IMG/VR virus record: IMGVR_UViG_3300013131_004046
Coordinates: 1 to 59,794 of that record
Length of the DNA stretch: 59,794 nt
Direction: 5' to 3' (one strand)
Source: a virus
Lineage: Duplodnaviria > Caudoviricetes
The position numbers and the translations under genes are program-made. Of this stretch, positions 18,237 to 28,044 are shown in pieces (positions within the stretch are counted from its first letter, which is position 1; each line of letters begins with the position of its first letter). The notes under the pieces were generated by a model. The model was not told the DNA's origin. It saw nothing but the letters and a program-made list of their open reading frames with translations, and did not search any database.

Positions 18237-19769
18237 ATGAGTAAAGAAATAAATGATGCACTTATCCAAATTACTAATTTGGAAGAATCAATTAAAAAAA
18301 ATGCACAAGGAATACTTGCTTCTACTATGAAGGAAGAAATCAAATCATTAGTAAAGGAATCTCTTCTTGAACAAGATGAGGTTGAAGTAGAGGATGAAGA
18401 AGAGGTAACCACACCTGAAGGAGGACAAGATGGATCCGAGGATGACTCTGATGAAGTTGAAGTTTATTCTGATGAAGAAGAAGATGACGACGAAATGTCA
18501 GGGATTCCACCAGCAAATGACGACACAATGGATGATGTAACTATGAGTGATGACGCTGGAGATGAAGATGTAATGGACGCAAGAAATTTAGACAATGCTG
18601 CGGTTGTTGACATATTTAAAAAAATGGGACCTAATGATCAAATTGAAGTTGTTAAAGACGACGATGAGGTTTATTTCAAAGATGGTGAAAACGAATACAT
18701 CATAAAACTTAATGAAAGTTCAGACATGAATGAAGAAATGTATAAAATGGATTTTCCTGGATCTACAGAAGTTTATGAAGATATGAACTTAGATGAGGAT
18801 GATCTGAATGACGGAGTGGTGTATGAGTTAGAATTGGATGAAGAGTTAGACGAAATGGACAATTTAGAAATGGACGAAAGCTTTGGAGACAAAATTTTAG
18901 ATTTTGAATTTGAGGATGATTTTGAAAAACCCAAAAGAATTCCAAAAAGAATTTCAAGATTGGATCGAGAAATGTTTGAAATGGACCATATGTCAATGGA
19001 CGAGATGGAAAATTTCGATGATTTACCAAAAATGAAAATGGGTGGATTGAGAGAATCTAAAAATAAAATTCATAAAACTAAGGGAACAGGAAGTGCGTCT
19101 AAATTCAAATATGGTAAAAAACCAAACCAAGACAAAGGGTTCGATACAAAAATGAAACAAGGAACTCGCGGAGTTGGTATGGGCAAAGCTTCAAAATTCA
19201 AATATGAAGACACCATGGATGGAGAGTACAAACCTGTTAAAAAGAAAATGGAGACCAAAGAAGCAACTCGAAGTAATAACTATGTAAAATCTGGAAAAGT
19301 TGGAAATAGAAAAGGATCTAACATGAACAGAAATAGAACAGAAGTTAGACAAAGACCAAACAATGTAAATGAAGAAGTTTCTTTATTGAGACAAAAAAAT
19401 GAAGAATACAAAAATGCGTTGGATGTCTTTAGAACAAAAATTAACGAAGTTGCAGTTTTCAATTCCAATTTAGCTTATGCTACAAGGTTGTTTACAGAAC
19501 ATTCAACAACTAAACAGGAAAAAATAAATATACTAAGAAGATTTGACAACATCGAAAGTTTGAAGGAGTCAAAAAATCTTTATAAACAAATCAAAGAGGA
19601 ATTGGGTACTTCTGTAGTAAATGAATCAACAAACTTGAATGAATCTAGAGTTGAAAGAAAAGTTATGAACAATATCAACACTGGATCATCAACAAACTTG
19701 ATCGAATCTACAACTTACGAAAATCCTCAATTTATGAGAATGAAAGATCTCATGAACAAAATAAAATAA
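18237..19769 (+). CDS. Prohead scaffold/core protein (gp22-like position)
   Basis: Highly acidic with a coiled-coil C-terminus and many (L/I)xE sites; lies between protease and capsid genes. Confidence 0.75.
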   Translation: MSKEINDALIQITNLEESIKKNAQGILASTMKEEIKSLVKESLLEQDEVEVEDEEEVTTPEGGQDGSEDDSDEVEVYSDEEEDDDEMSGIPPANDDTMDDVTMSDDAGDEDVMDARNLDNAAVVDIFKKMGPNDQIEVVKDDDEVYFKDGENEYIIKLNESSDMNEEMYKMDFPGSTEVYEDMNLDEDDLNDGVVYELELDEELDEMDNLEMDESFGDKILDFEFEDDFEKPKRIPKRISRLDREMFEMDHMSMDEMENFDDLPKMKMGGLRESKNKIHKTKGTGSASKFKYGKKPNQDKGFDTKMKQGTRGVGMGKASKFKYEDTMDGEYKPVKKKMETKEATRSNNYVKSGKVGNRKGSNMNRNRTEVRQRPNNVNEEVSLLRQKNEEYKNALDVFRTKINEVAVFNSNLAYATRLFTEHSTTKQEKINILRRFDNIESLKESKNLYKQIKEELGTSVVNESTNLNESRVERKVMNNINTGSSTNLIESTTYENPQFMRMKDLMNKIK

Positions 19770-19794
19770 ATAAACTAAAAAAATAAAACTAAAA

Positions 19795-21669
19795 ATGGGA
19801 GCATTATTAGAATCAGGTCTTGTTGGTAACATCGGTCTTAAGCACCTTAAAGTTATCAAAGAAGATACAATTAACAAATGGGACAGATTAGGGTTCCTTG
19901 AAGGTCTTAGAGGCCACCTAAAAGAAAACGTAGCACAGTTGTATGAAAACCAAGCTTCTTTCTTGATCAACGAAGCAACAGGAGAAGGTTCAAACGGAGC
20001 ATTCGAAACAGTTGTTTTCCCAATCGTAAGAAGAGTTTTCTCTAAATTGTTAGCAAACGACATCGTATCAGTACAAGCAATGAACTTACCTATTGGTAAA
20101 TTGTTCTACTTTGTACCTAAAATCCAAGGATATTCAGGAGGAACTGCTGAAACTATTGCTGGTGGTAACTCAGGTGACCACTACGCACCTGTAGGTTCAC
20201 CAGGTAATTACCCTGGAGATCCTCAAGCAGGTTACAACACAATTCCTGCAGGAGCTGCTGGTGCAAATGACAAATACACTAAAAACCTTTATGATTTATT
20301 TTATGAAGGCGCTGAAGCAGGTTTAGATCCTCCAGGATTATTTGATTATTCAAAAGGAAGATGGTCTGCTGTAACTGCAAACGCGGATATTCAAAAATGG
20401 GATGGAAGTAATTTAGTTGATTACGCAATTACCGCTTCAGGTATTTACAGAAAAATTATCGTTAAACTTTGTGGATGGACAAATCTACCAGGTTACGGTA
20501 AATTAATTGGACCTGATGGTAACGAGGTTGACTCTGAAACATTCCTTTCTGATTTGAGAGTTTATGCTGACACAGCAAATATTGTTCAAGGTGATGATAG
20601 TGCTTGTAGTCCTTTTGAAAATGATAATGGAGACGCTATTCCGCTTTTGTTTAGAGTTGTTACTCAACAATATGGTAAAGGAATCGTTAAATACGGAAAC
20701 ACAACACAAACAACTTGGGCATCTGACGGTAACGGAGGTTCTTTCTATGACATTTGTGATGGAAATGGATGTATCTATTTAGAAGTTGATTTATCTTGTC
20801 CTGTATGTGCTGATTGTGACGCATCTTCATTAGATGGTTACACTGGTACTACTATCGATTCTGCAAGCTCGGGTGATTCATTTGTGTGTGTTTGGAGACG
20901 TTACGAAGAGTTAGAATTCGAAGACAAAATTGGTGAAGTTTCTTTTGACCTTGAGTCAGTAACTGTATCTGTAACAGAAAGAAAACTAAGAGCACAATGG
21001 TCTCCTGAATTAGCTCAAGACGTTGCGGCATTCCACAACATCGATGCTGAAGCTGAATTGACAGCATTATTGTCAGAACAAATTGCGGCTGAAATCGACC
21101 GTGAAATTTTACGTGACTTGAGAAAAGGAGCAGCTTGGAACTTACGTTGGGATTACAATGGATGGAGAAGAATCCAAGGACAAACTTCTTACACTCAAAA
21201 AGATTGGAACCAAACTTTGATCACAGCAATCAACCAATTGTCAGCACAAATCCACAAATCTACTTTAAGAGGTGGTGCTAACTGGATCGTTGTATCTTCT
21301 GAAGTTTCAGCTATTTTTGATGATTTAGAATACTTCCACGTATCTAACGCTTCACCTGAGCAAGATCAATACAACATGGGTATTGAAAGAGTAGGTACGT
21401 TGTCAGGACGTTACCAAGTTTACCGTGATCCTTACTTTCCGCCTAACCAAGTGTTAATCGGTCACAAAGGAACATCATTGTTAGACACAGGTTACATCTA
21501 CGCACCGTATGTACCTCTACAATTAACACCTACAATGTACAACCCATTCAACTTTACACCTATTAAAGGTATTATGACACGTTACGCTAAGAAAATGGTT
21601 AACAACCGTTTCTACGGACGTATCACAGTTGATGGAGTTAGAACATTCGACTTGAGAGAATTGAGATAA
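19795..21669 (+). CDS. Major capsid protein (T4 gp23-like) with a large insertion
   Basis: FPIVRRVF...LANDIVSVQAM..P.G, RKLRAQWSPELAQD..AFH.IDAEAEL, GYIYAPYVPL, GIMTRY. Confidence 0.95.
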   Translation: MGALLESGLVGNIGLKHLKVIKEDTINKWDRLGFLEGLRGHLKENVAQLYENQASFLINEATGEGSNGAFETVVFPIVRRVFSKLLANDIVSVQAMNLPIGKLFYFVPKIQGYSGGTAETIAGGNSGDHYAPVGSPGNYPGDPQAGYNTIPAGAAGANDKYTKNLYDLFYEGAEAGLDPPGLFDYSKGRWSAVTANADIQKWDGSNLVDYAITASGIYRKIIVKLCGWTNLPGYGKLIGPDGNEVDSETFLSDLRVYADTANIVQGDDSACSPFENDNGDAIPLLFRVVTQQYGKGIVKYGNTTQTTWASDGNGGSFYDICDGNGCIYLEVDLSCPVCADCDASSLDGYTGTTIDSASSGDSFVCVWRRYEELEFEDKIGEVSFDLESVTVSVTERKLRAQWSPELAQDVAAFHNIDAEAELTALLSEQIAAEIDREILRDLRKGAAWNLRWDYNGWRRIQGQTSYTQKDWNQTLITAINQLSAQIHKSTLRGGANWIVVSSEVSAIFDDLEYFHVSNASPEQDQYNMGIERVGTLSGRYQVYRDPYFPPNQVLIGHKGTSLLDTGYIYAPYVPLQLTPTMYNPFNFTPIKGIMTRYAKKMVNNRFYGRITVDGVRTFDLRELR

Positions 21670-21687
21670 TCAATTTGAGGTTAATAT

Positions 21688-21719
21688 AAAAAAAGGTCAG
21701 AGAAATCTGACCTTTTTTT
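21688..21719. terminator. Bidirectional intrinsic terminator after the major capsid gene
   Basis: AAAAAAAGGTCAGA-GAAA-TCTGACCTTTTTTT, perfect stem with a GNRA loop. Confidence 0.85.
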
Positions 21720-21942
21720 ATTTTACAACATCTTCTTTTAATAAAACCCTTATAGATTTGGAAATCACTTCAGTTTCACCCATAGTATAACATCCTTTAC
21801 TGTACGCGAACTTTATAGATTCTATCAAATAAAACAAAGACAGATCTTTATCCATTGTTGCCAAAATTAATTCTAAATGTTCTTCAGTTTCTAAATTTAT
21901 AGAATTGAATAATGTACCATATATTTTTTTTTGATTGTCCAT
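21718..21942 (-). CDS. Hypothetical protein
   Basis: 74-aa ORF filling the gap. Confidence 0.65.
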   Translation of the reverse strand: MDNQKKIYGTLFNSINLETEEHLELILATMDKDLSLFYLIESIKFAYSKGCYTMGETEVISKSIRVLLKEDVVK

Positions 21943-21997
21943 ATTTGAAAGTTTAGATATTTATAATAATAATAGGAATTATTATTGAAAAAGTGAA

Positions 21998-22906
21998 ATG
22001 AAAAAAATAATACAAAAAATTCTAAGAGAGGCAACGGCAGACAAATCAGGGAGTGCAGGTGGTTACGTCCCACCTTTACAACCCGGTGAAAGACAATTTA
22101 ATAAATCTCAATTAGAACCATTTAACATACCTGTTTCGAATTATAAAAGCCCATTAGTACAATATGATAGTTATGATCACAAATGGGACTTAAGTAAAGA
22201 TCAAATTAAAAAATTAGAAAAAGTCGCTAGAAAAGTTACTGATTATATAAAACATCATCCTTATGCAACTTTTTCAGATGACGATGGAAATATTGTCAAC
22301 AAAAACCCAAGTGGACGAGGAAAAAAGAAACCATTTGATTTAGAAATTGTACCAATAGAAAGAAAAACAAAAAAAATTAATGAAGCAGATACATCTATAA
22401 GTGCTGGGGCATATAACGGACCTATTGAGATTGGGTTAAAAAAATGGGAAAATCATTCTTTAAATCCTTTCAATATTGAAATTAATCACTCGCATAATGT
22501 CCATGCAAAAAAAACTAGTTTAAAAGATAATATACGAAAAGTGGTTGGTATGTGGGAAAAATCAAAAAATGGAAGTTACAAAAAAGAAGAACATCCAGTA
22601 CACACAATAAATGAAGATTTGGCCGTGTGGTTTGGTAAAAAGAAAAAACCAAAAGGATCTTCTCAACCTAAAGGACCTTGGGTTGATATATGTAGAAAAG
22701 TAGATGGAAAACATCCTCCTTGTGGAAGAAGTGATACAAGTAAAGGATCCTACCCTAAATGTAGAGCCGCAGGAGTTGCCGGTAAAATGACTGATTCTCA
22801 AAAAAGATCCGCTTGCCAACAAAAAAGAAGGGCGGAAAAAAAAGATACTCAAACAGGAAAAGGTCAAAAACCAATTATGACAAGTTATAAACCAAATAAA
22901 AAATAG
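21998..22906 (+). CDS. Modular basic protein (putative internal head protein) with an internal repeat and a C-terminal WF..WVD..CGR..YPKC module
   Basis: N-terminal KIIQKILRE; two SAG.Y..P...G...L.PFNI repeats. Confidence 0.75.
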   Translation: MKKIIQKILREATADKSGSAGGYVPPLQPGERQFNKSQLEPFNIPVSNYKSPLVQYDSYDHKWDLSKDQIKKLEKVARKVTDYIKHHPYATFSDDDGNIVNKNPSGRGKKKPFDLEIVPIERKTKKINEADTSISAGAYNGPIEIGLKKWENHSLNPFNIEINHSHNVHAKKTSLKDNIRKVVGMWEKSKNGSYKKEEHPVHTINEDLAVWFGKKKKPKGSSQPKGPWVDICRKVDGKHPPCGRSDTSKGSYPKCRAAGVAGKMTDSQKRSACQQKRRAEKKDTQTGKGQKPIMTSYKPNKK

Positions 22907-22907
22907 A

Positions 22908-23399
22908 ATGGACAAATTAAGATTTAATCAATTATTAGAGTCAAGTATCGGTAATGTTAGGCCATTACTTGTAGAACAACTTACAAAGGAAAGCGAGTTA
23001 GGGGCAATAGATTGTTACAGATTTTCAGACATAAGATCGTACATTCAATCACAATTATCAGGTACCGATTCGCAGGTACCGGCAATAGAAATAGGACCAT
23101 CAAGAGTTACTGGTGTATACAAAGAAGAATCTGATACTCCTGATAGAATTGGGGGTCTATGGAGTGTCACGGTTAAAGTAAAGAATCCCTCACAAGTTTC
23201 TGATGGAGTACTAGAGGTCCAAGATACATTTGAATTGGATTTAGTCCCTGTTAGTAGATTAAATAACCCAAACCTACCCGATTCTAAAGATATAATTATT
23301 TTACATTATGGACCGGGGGGAGTTGAACATTACTGTAAGGCACAAAATGACACAGATCAAGATAATTTAGTTGCAACCAACCCTAAGAGTAAGGGGTAA
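22908..23399 (+). CDS. Hypothetical protein
   Basis: N-terminal RFNQLLES..PLLVEQ motif. Confidence 0.7.
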   Translation: MDKLRFNQLLESSIGNVRPLLVEQLTKESELGAIDCYRFSDIRSYIQSQLSGTDSQVPAIEIGPSRVTGVYKEESDTPDRIGGLWSVTVKVKNPSQVSDGVLEVQDTFELDLVPVSRLNNPNLPDSKDIIILHYGPGGVEHYCKAQNDTDQDNLVATNPKSKG

Positions 23400-23660
23400 T
23401 TATTTTAATTTTATTCCAACTTTTTCTTCCAACTCTTTGTAAGAAAAAACAAAATGTTCGTAAAAATAAGCTCTTTCTTCTTCGGTCCAAGTATCAACAA
23501 CCAATAAATCTTCATTAACAGATTGAATTATTTTTTCGCTACGAGTTAGGGTGTCGTAGGAAACTTGTTGGTTTAGAGAATAAGCATCACAAGAAGATTT
23601 AGTGGATTTACAACTTACAACGGTTAATCCTAATAAGATTGATATTACAATTTTTTTCAT
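23400..23660 (-). CDS. Putative lipoprotein
   Basis: MKK + hydrophobic stretch + lipobox-like VVSC. Confidence 0.65.
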   Translation of the reverse strand: MKKIVISILLGLTVVSCKSTKSSCDAYSLNQQVSYDTLTRSEKIIQSVNEDLLVVDTWTEEERAYFYEHFVFSYKELEEKVGIKLK

Positions 23661-24094
23661 TTTAAATTTTCGTTTTTAGTTCGTTCAACAATAGAGAGAT
23701 ATACTTTATCTAAAGTGTTTTTAATATTTGATTTAACCATCACTTCAGTTTTATTACGTCGTTTTTCAGTTTCCATATCATATAAATATGTTATTCTTTC
23801 ATTATCACGAGTTGATAATTTCACGTCATAATGAAATACATGATTTGTAATCTCAACACGACCCCAATCTAACAAAACAAATAGATTCAATTTTTCATTA
23901 ATGATGTATCTTTTTTGTGACATCGGTGCAATCATAAAATCCGAATCCTTATCAGATATCAACTTTACACAAATTTTGAAAGCTGTTTTTTCATGGGGCT
24001 CTAATTCTTCATATGTTTTCAATGTTGAAGATCTTCCGGCTTTACTGAAACGAACTTTCATTCGTTTATACAATCTTATAATAAATTTTTTCAT
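23657..24094 (-). CDS. Hypothetical protein
   Basis: 145-aa ORF with an upstream TAnnTTTG-like element on the - strand near 24119. Confidence 0.7.
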   Translation of the reverse strand: MKKFIIRLYKRMKVRFSKAGRSSTLKTYEELEPHEKTAFKICVKLISDKDSDFMIAPMSQKRYIINEKLNLFVLLDWGRVEITNHVFHYDVKLSTRDNERITYLYDMETEKRRNKTEVMVKSNIKNTLDKVYLSIVERTKNENLK

Positions 24095-24164
24095 AGTTAG
24101 TTGTTTTGTTTCTAACTACAAATATAATAAATAAATTGATTAAAAAAAAAGAAAGTAAAAAAAA

Positions 24165-24614
24165 TTAACAAAATGCCCCTGAACACCTTCTTTTCCCATC
24201 AAGCCCTTTTACTTTTCCTTTACAAACTTGGACAGCGTGACCATTTGAATATGCACTGGGGTAGACGTCATATTTTGCCTTTGCAGAGGCAATGCCTCTA
24301 GCACAAAGTTTAGTTCCTGTTTTTTTTCTACCTTCCATCATGACATCATCACTCATTTCAGCATCAAACTCAGAATTGGTTTCATTCATTAAAAAATCAA
24401 AAACTTGATCAATGTTATTTTTTGCTTCGGCAATGTGATCCTGAGCCCAATCATGACCGTTTTCTAAAATTTCCTCAATCATGTCTTGATCCAAATCTAA
24501 TAATAAATCACATTGTCTTCTCATTTGTTCTAAATTAGAAAAGAACATATATCTTGAAGAGTGTTTTTCCTCTTCATTGATAAGTTTATAAATAATTCTA
24601 CTTATTCTATCCAT
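24165..24614 (-). CDS. Hypothetical protein with a C-terminal PSAY module
   Basis: RIIYKLINE N-terminus; LCARG..SAKAKYDVYPSAYSNG.AVQVCKG. Confidence 0.75.
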   Translation of the reverse strand: MDRISRIIYKLINEEEKHSSRYMFFSNLEQMRRQCDLLLDLDQDMIEEILENGHDWAQDHIAEAKNNIDQVFDFLMNETNSEFDAEMSDDVMMEGRKKTGTKLCARGIASAKAKYDVYPSAYSNGHAVQVCKGKVKGLDGKRRCSGAFC

Positions 24615-24617
24615 GAT

Positions 24618-24785
24618 CTATGAATTAACTCCATTTTCCCCTCCTAACACAACCATGTTAAGTTGTACGACTGGATTTCCTTGATTATCTGTCCAAACAG
24701 GATGTGGGGTCTCAACTGTAAAAGTAGATCCACTACATTCAACACAAACTGTGTAATCGGTATTTGCACTATATTCTGGTAACAT
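24618..24785 (-). CDS. Small 55-aa protein absent from the ORF track (MLPEYSANTDYTVCVECSGSTFTVETPHPVWTDNQGNPVVQLNMVVLGGENGVNS)
   Basis: Translated by hand; A-rich leader and its own TATTTAT motif (ATAAATA at 24799-24805); fills the gap between neighbours. Confidence 0.75.
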   Translation of the reverse strand: MLPEYSANTDYTVCVECSGSTFTVETPHPVWTDNQGNPVVQLNMVVLGGENGVNS

Positions 24786-24809
24786 AATTTTTTTTATTAT
24801 AAATATCTG

Positions 24810-26279
24810 TTAAGAATACTTTTTATTTACTATTTGGAATTTTATTTGTTTTTTGTATGTGTTGATTTCACCTGTGGAAATAACTTTCATATCAATATAA
24901 TAATCATTTGGAATTTTATCTCTAGTGTCAAACATAAAATAATACTCATCGGGTGTTCTGTTAAGTTTTGTCCATCCTTGGACTTCTACTTCTGTCTGAC
25001 CTTCTCTAACATAAACTCTGTATGACGCGTCAACGTTAGGTAATTGAACGTTAGTAGTATATGCTTTTTTGATCATAACAGTAACTTTCCTCATGTCCGT
25101 ATTCCAAATTTTTTCATCTTGTTTAATTCCTGAATAATCGAATCCATAAATAGAAGGTTGATTTGTTGATGTACCAATCTGAATAGATTTTTGAATTGGG
25201 TATACAACAAATTCGTTTGTTACATTTGGTAGATTGAAGTTATTTAATTTTATATTTGACCATACGTCTGTAAAACTACAAGGTGTTTTATACCCGAGTA
25301 ATGGTGGTATTGTTACTTCGTACACACCTTGTGTTCGTAAACAACTCGGAATGTTTGTTAGTCCGACTATTGGTTCACCTGACACATCATTTATAGTAAC
25401 CAAAGGATTCTGATCAAGATTTATAGGATTACCATCTTCATATAGATACAGATAAAGTTTATTGGTTTTTCCTAAACTGAAATAATTTCTATCGTCTTGT
25501 ATTAAATCATCATAATTTGTTTCTAAAAATGGCTCATAAAAAGTTTGAGTATGTCTTGAAAAAAATCCAACTGAATAACTTCCCGTGGTTCCTGTTAAGT
25601 TTTCTACCTGAGGTAGAAATGCAATACCCCAACCAACAGGGTTTATTAAACTACCTGTAATTATTGAGTTTATTTCACTTGTCATATCAAATGAAATATT
25701 TTCATCCCCAAACTCAAAATGTTGTCTGTCTAAAATAGTTATGCCAGAAAAAGGAACAGGACCAAGATCTCGATTGTTATAAATACCCGGTGTTTCCCAA
25801 AAATCAATTGTGGTTGTTTGATACCAATTTGATGGTCTATCTGAAAAATTTTTATCTGTAGGTACCGTTGTTATTATATCAGCATAATCATAACCAACAC
25901 CTTCATCCCAATTTTGTGGATAGTTTGGATTATTATCATAATAAGGGATTCTAAAAAGTATTAAATCAAATGATGTCGCTCTTAATCTTCCTGATGATGT
26001 TGTTGTATTAATTAAAAAATCTTTATCAAAAAAAGAAGTGTTCGTCATTTTCAAAGTATGTGTGATCGTATTCAAACAATCCGTACTTATGATCCCATTA
26101 TCATACTTTTCTTTAAGTAAATCTAAATTCAAATTGAAAATAAATCTACTGAACCCTGTTGGGTCGGAAACATTCCCATTACCATAAAATAGTTCCACAA
26201 CAGGATTTCTACCTGTGTTTGTAAAGCTATTTGAAATTAAAGTGTTGTTTCGATTGAAGTATGAGTTATTAATTGACAT
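24810..26279 (-). CDS. Putative virion structural protein (start at MSINNSYF)
   Basis: Beta-rich, N/T/G-rich ORF next to the spike-like gene; TATTTAT upstream of the second ATG. Confidence 0.7.
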   Translation of the reverse strand: MSINNSYFNRNNTLISNSFTNTGRNPVVELFYGNGNVSDPTGFSRFIFNLNLDLLKEKYDNGIISTDCLNTITHTLKMTNTSFFDKDFLINTTTSSGRLRATSFDLILFRIPYYDNNPNYPQNWDEGVGYDYADIITTVPTDKNFSDRPSNWYQTTTIDFWETPGIYNNRDLGPVPFSGITILDRQHFEFGDENISFDMTSEINSIITGSLINPVGWGIAFLPQVENLTGTTGSYSVGFFSRHTQTFYEPFLETNYDDLIQDDRNYFSLGKTNKLYLYLYEDGNPINLDQNPLVTINDVSGEPIVGLTNIPSCLRTQGVYEVTIPPLLGYKTPCSFTDVWSNIKLNNFNLPNVTNEFVVYPIQKSIQIGTSTNQPSIYGFDYSGIKQDEKIWNTDMRKVTVMIKKAYTTNVQLPNVDASYRVYVREGQTEVEVQGWTKLNRTPDEYYFMFDTRDKIPNDYYIDMKVISTGEINTYKKQIKFQIVNKKYS

Positions 26280-26299
26280 CAAGTTTTTTATTATAAATA

Positions 26300-27844
26300 T
26301 CAATTAATTCGAATATTTTGATTGAGAATAGTGTCGGGGGCATTTAATAGTTGTTGTAATATTTCATCAGATCTTGTGCCATCCCTACCAACGGGAACTG
26401 GTGATAACCCGTGAAACGGATGTACGTGTGATAACAAATATTTTACAATTAAATTTATAAGTTTCATTAATTCATCTCCTCTAACCATAGGATCAGTGTT
26501 TGGTGTTAAATTTTCAGTAAAATTTATTTCTGGAATTCCATATAAAGTATTTGTTAGATCTACTTTATTTTTTGAGGGTATTTGTGAATTATGAGATAAC
26601 AAAAACATTTTATCAGAACCAATCGTGGTATATGTTGTTGGTGTTTGAGAAAAATTTAATGGTTTATAATTTGTGACATTTACTTTGATAGGTTTATTGG
26701 TGTTATTGTAGTCCCATACCATATTACTTCCTGCAACAGGATCAGAGGATAATAATTTTATTTTATTATAAATAAAACCAATATTTTGTATTTCTATTGG
26801 TGTAGATCCGGTTAATGCCGCCATTTTTGAATAAGTGTTTGTAGTTGGCCTGAAATAAAACGGAAATTGATTTTGTAAATTATATATAGGGTAACCAGAT
26901 ATATTAATCACACCGTCATTCACTCCCTTGATAAAACTATTAATCAGTGCAACAGTTTCTTCAGATGTTTTCCCTATAAATTGTAAATAATATTCAGGAG
27001 CTCCTGCAATACCTGAGATATTAGTAGACAATCCAAAATCTTTGGACTCTAAAGAAATAGGATTACCCGTGAAAGGAAATGGGACATAAGATGGAACGTT
27101 TGGTAAATTATACAAATATATTGTACCTGTAAAAGAGTTTTGTTGATTATCTGGATTTATAATGTCCCAATCAATTACTTTTCTGATAGGTTTAGTGTCA
27201 ATAGTAATGAATTCATCCGTAACTTCAGAACCTAATTCAGTAGATTGTCTAAAATTTGATAATTGAATAAACGCTCTTTTTTCATTTCCAATAGGGAAAA
27301 TATTTGGGTTGAATGGGCTATTTGTTTTTCCACTTCTCAATAATATTTCATCTTCCTTTAATATGATATCCGTACTACCTCTACTTAATATTGCATTATC
27401 TTTTGGTTCAGGAAAAATACCATAAGAAGGAGGATTTCTATATATATTTTCTTTATTTTTTAAAGATTGATTTTGTTGGATTTGAGTACCAACGGTTGTG
27501 AATTTTTTAGATGCTTCAAAATATTCATAGTTTGTTGCCAACGGAGATGAAAACGGACCGTTAATATAGTATTGATTTTGATTATCATAACTTTTGTCTT
27601 GATAGATAATATTGACTAATTCATTTTCTTGAGGGACATTCCAAAAATAAAAAGGGAGTAGTGGAAAAAATATTAATGGATCTTCGTCTGACCAAGCTTT
27701 GGATTCATCCCAATTTGGAATCGCATTTACAATTGCCTCATATTTTTTTATTTCAGGTCTAACCCTTAATCGACCCAAAACCATTGGGTCTTTATTGTCA
27801 ATTACAACACCAGGAAATATTATTTGATTTTCATTTGTTGCCAT
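26300..27844 (-). CDS. Baseplate hub/central spike-like protein (gp5/gpV OB-fold N-terminus, HxH tip)
   Basis: GVVIDNKDPMVLGRLRVR...P..NELV (Gp5-OB-like); C-terminal LLSHVHPFHG. Confidence 0.65.
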   Translation of the reverse strand: MATNENQIIFPGVVIDNKDPMVLGRLRVRPEIKKYEAIVNAIPNWDESKAWSDEDPLIFFPLLPFYFWNVPQENELVNIIYQDKSYDNQNQYYINGPFSSPLATNYEYFEASKKFTTVGTQIQQNQSLKNKENIYRNPPSYGIFPEPKDNAILSRGSTDIILKEDEILLRSGKTNSPFNPNIFPIGNEKRAFIQLSNFRQSTELGSEVTDEFITIDTKPIRKVIDWDIINPDNQQNSFTGTIYLYNLPNVPSYVPFPFTGNPISLESKDFGLSTNISGIAGAPEYYLQFIGKTSEETVALINSFIKGVNDGVINISGYPIYNLQNQFPFYFRPTTNTYSKMAALTGSTPIEIQNIGFIYNKIKLLSSDPVAGSNMVWDYNNTNKPIKVNVTNYKPLNFSQTPTTYTTIGSDKMFLLSHNSQIPSKNKVDLTNTLYGIPEINFTENLTPNTDPMVRGDELMKLINLIVKYLLSHVHPFHGLSPVPVGRDGTRSDEILQQLLNAPDTILNQNIRIN

Positions 27845-28043
27845 TTCTTGTCGTATGTTCTTTTAAAATTGCGTTGTATGTGGACTCCAATTTGTCCAAA
27901 TGATGAGTTAATACAATTACTTTTTGTTTTGTTGATTCAAATTCATTAGAAATAAAATCCATTGCTTTTTCCAAATCTTTATTTGATTGGTTTTTATAAT
28001 CTTCAATTATTTCAGTTATTTTTTTTACTTCTTCTTGATTCAT
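27831..28043 (-). CDS. Small coiled-coil hypothetical protein
   Basis: ORF coupled within the operon. Confidence 0.65.
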   Translation of the reverse strand: MNQEEVKKITEIIEDYKNQSNKDLEKAMDFISNEFESTKQKVIVLTHHLDKLESTYNAILKEHTTRNGNK

Positions 28044-28044
28044 T

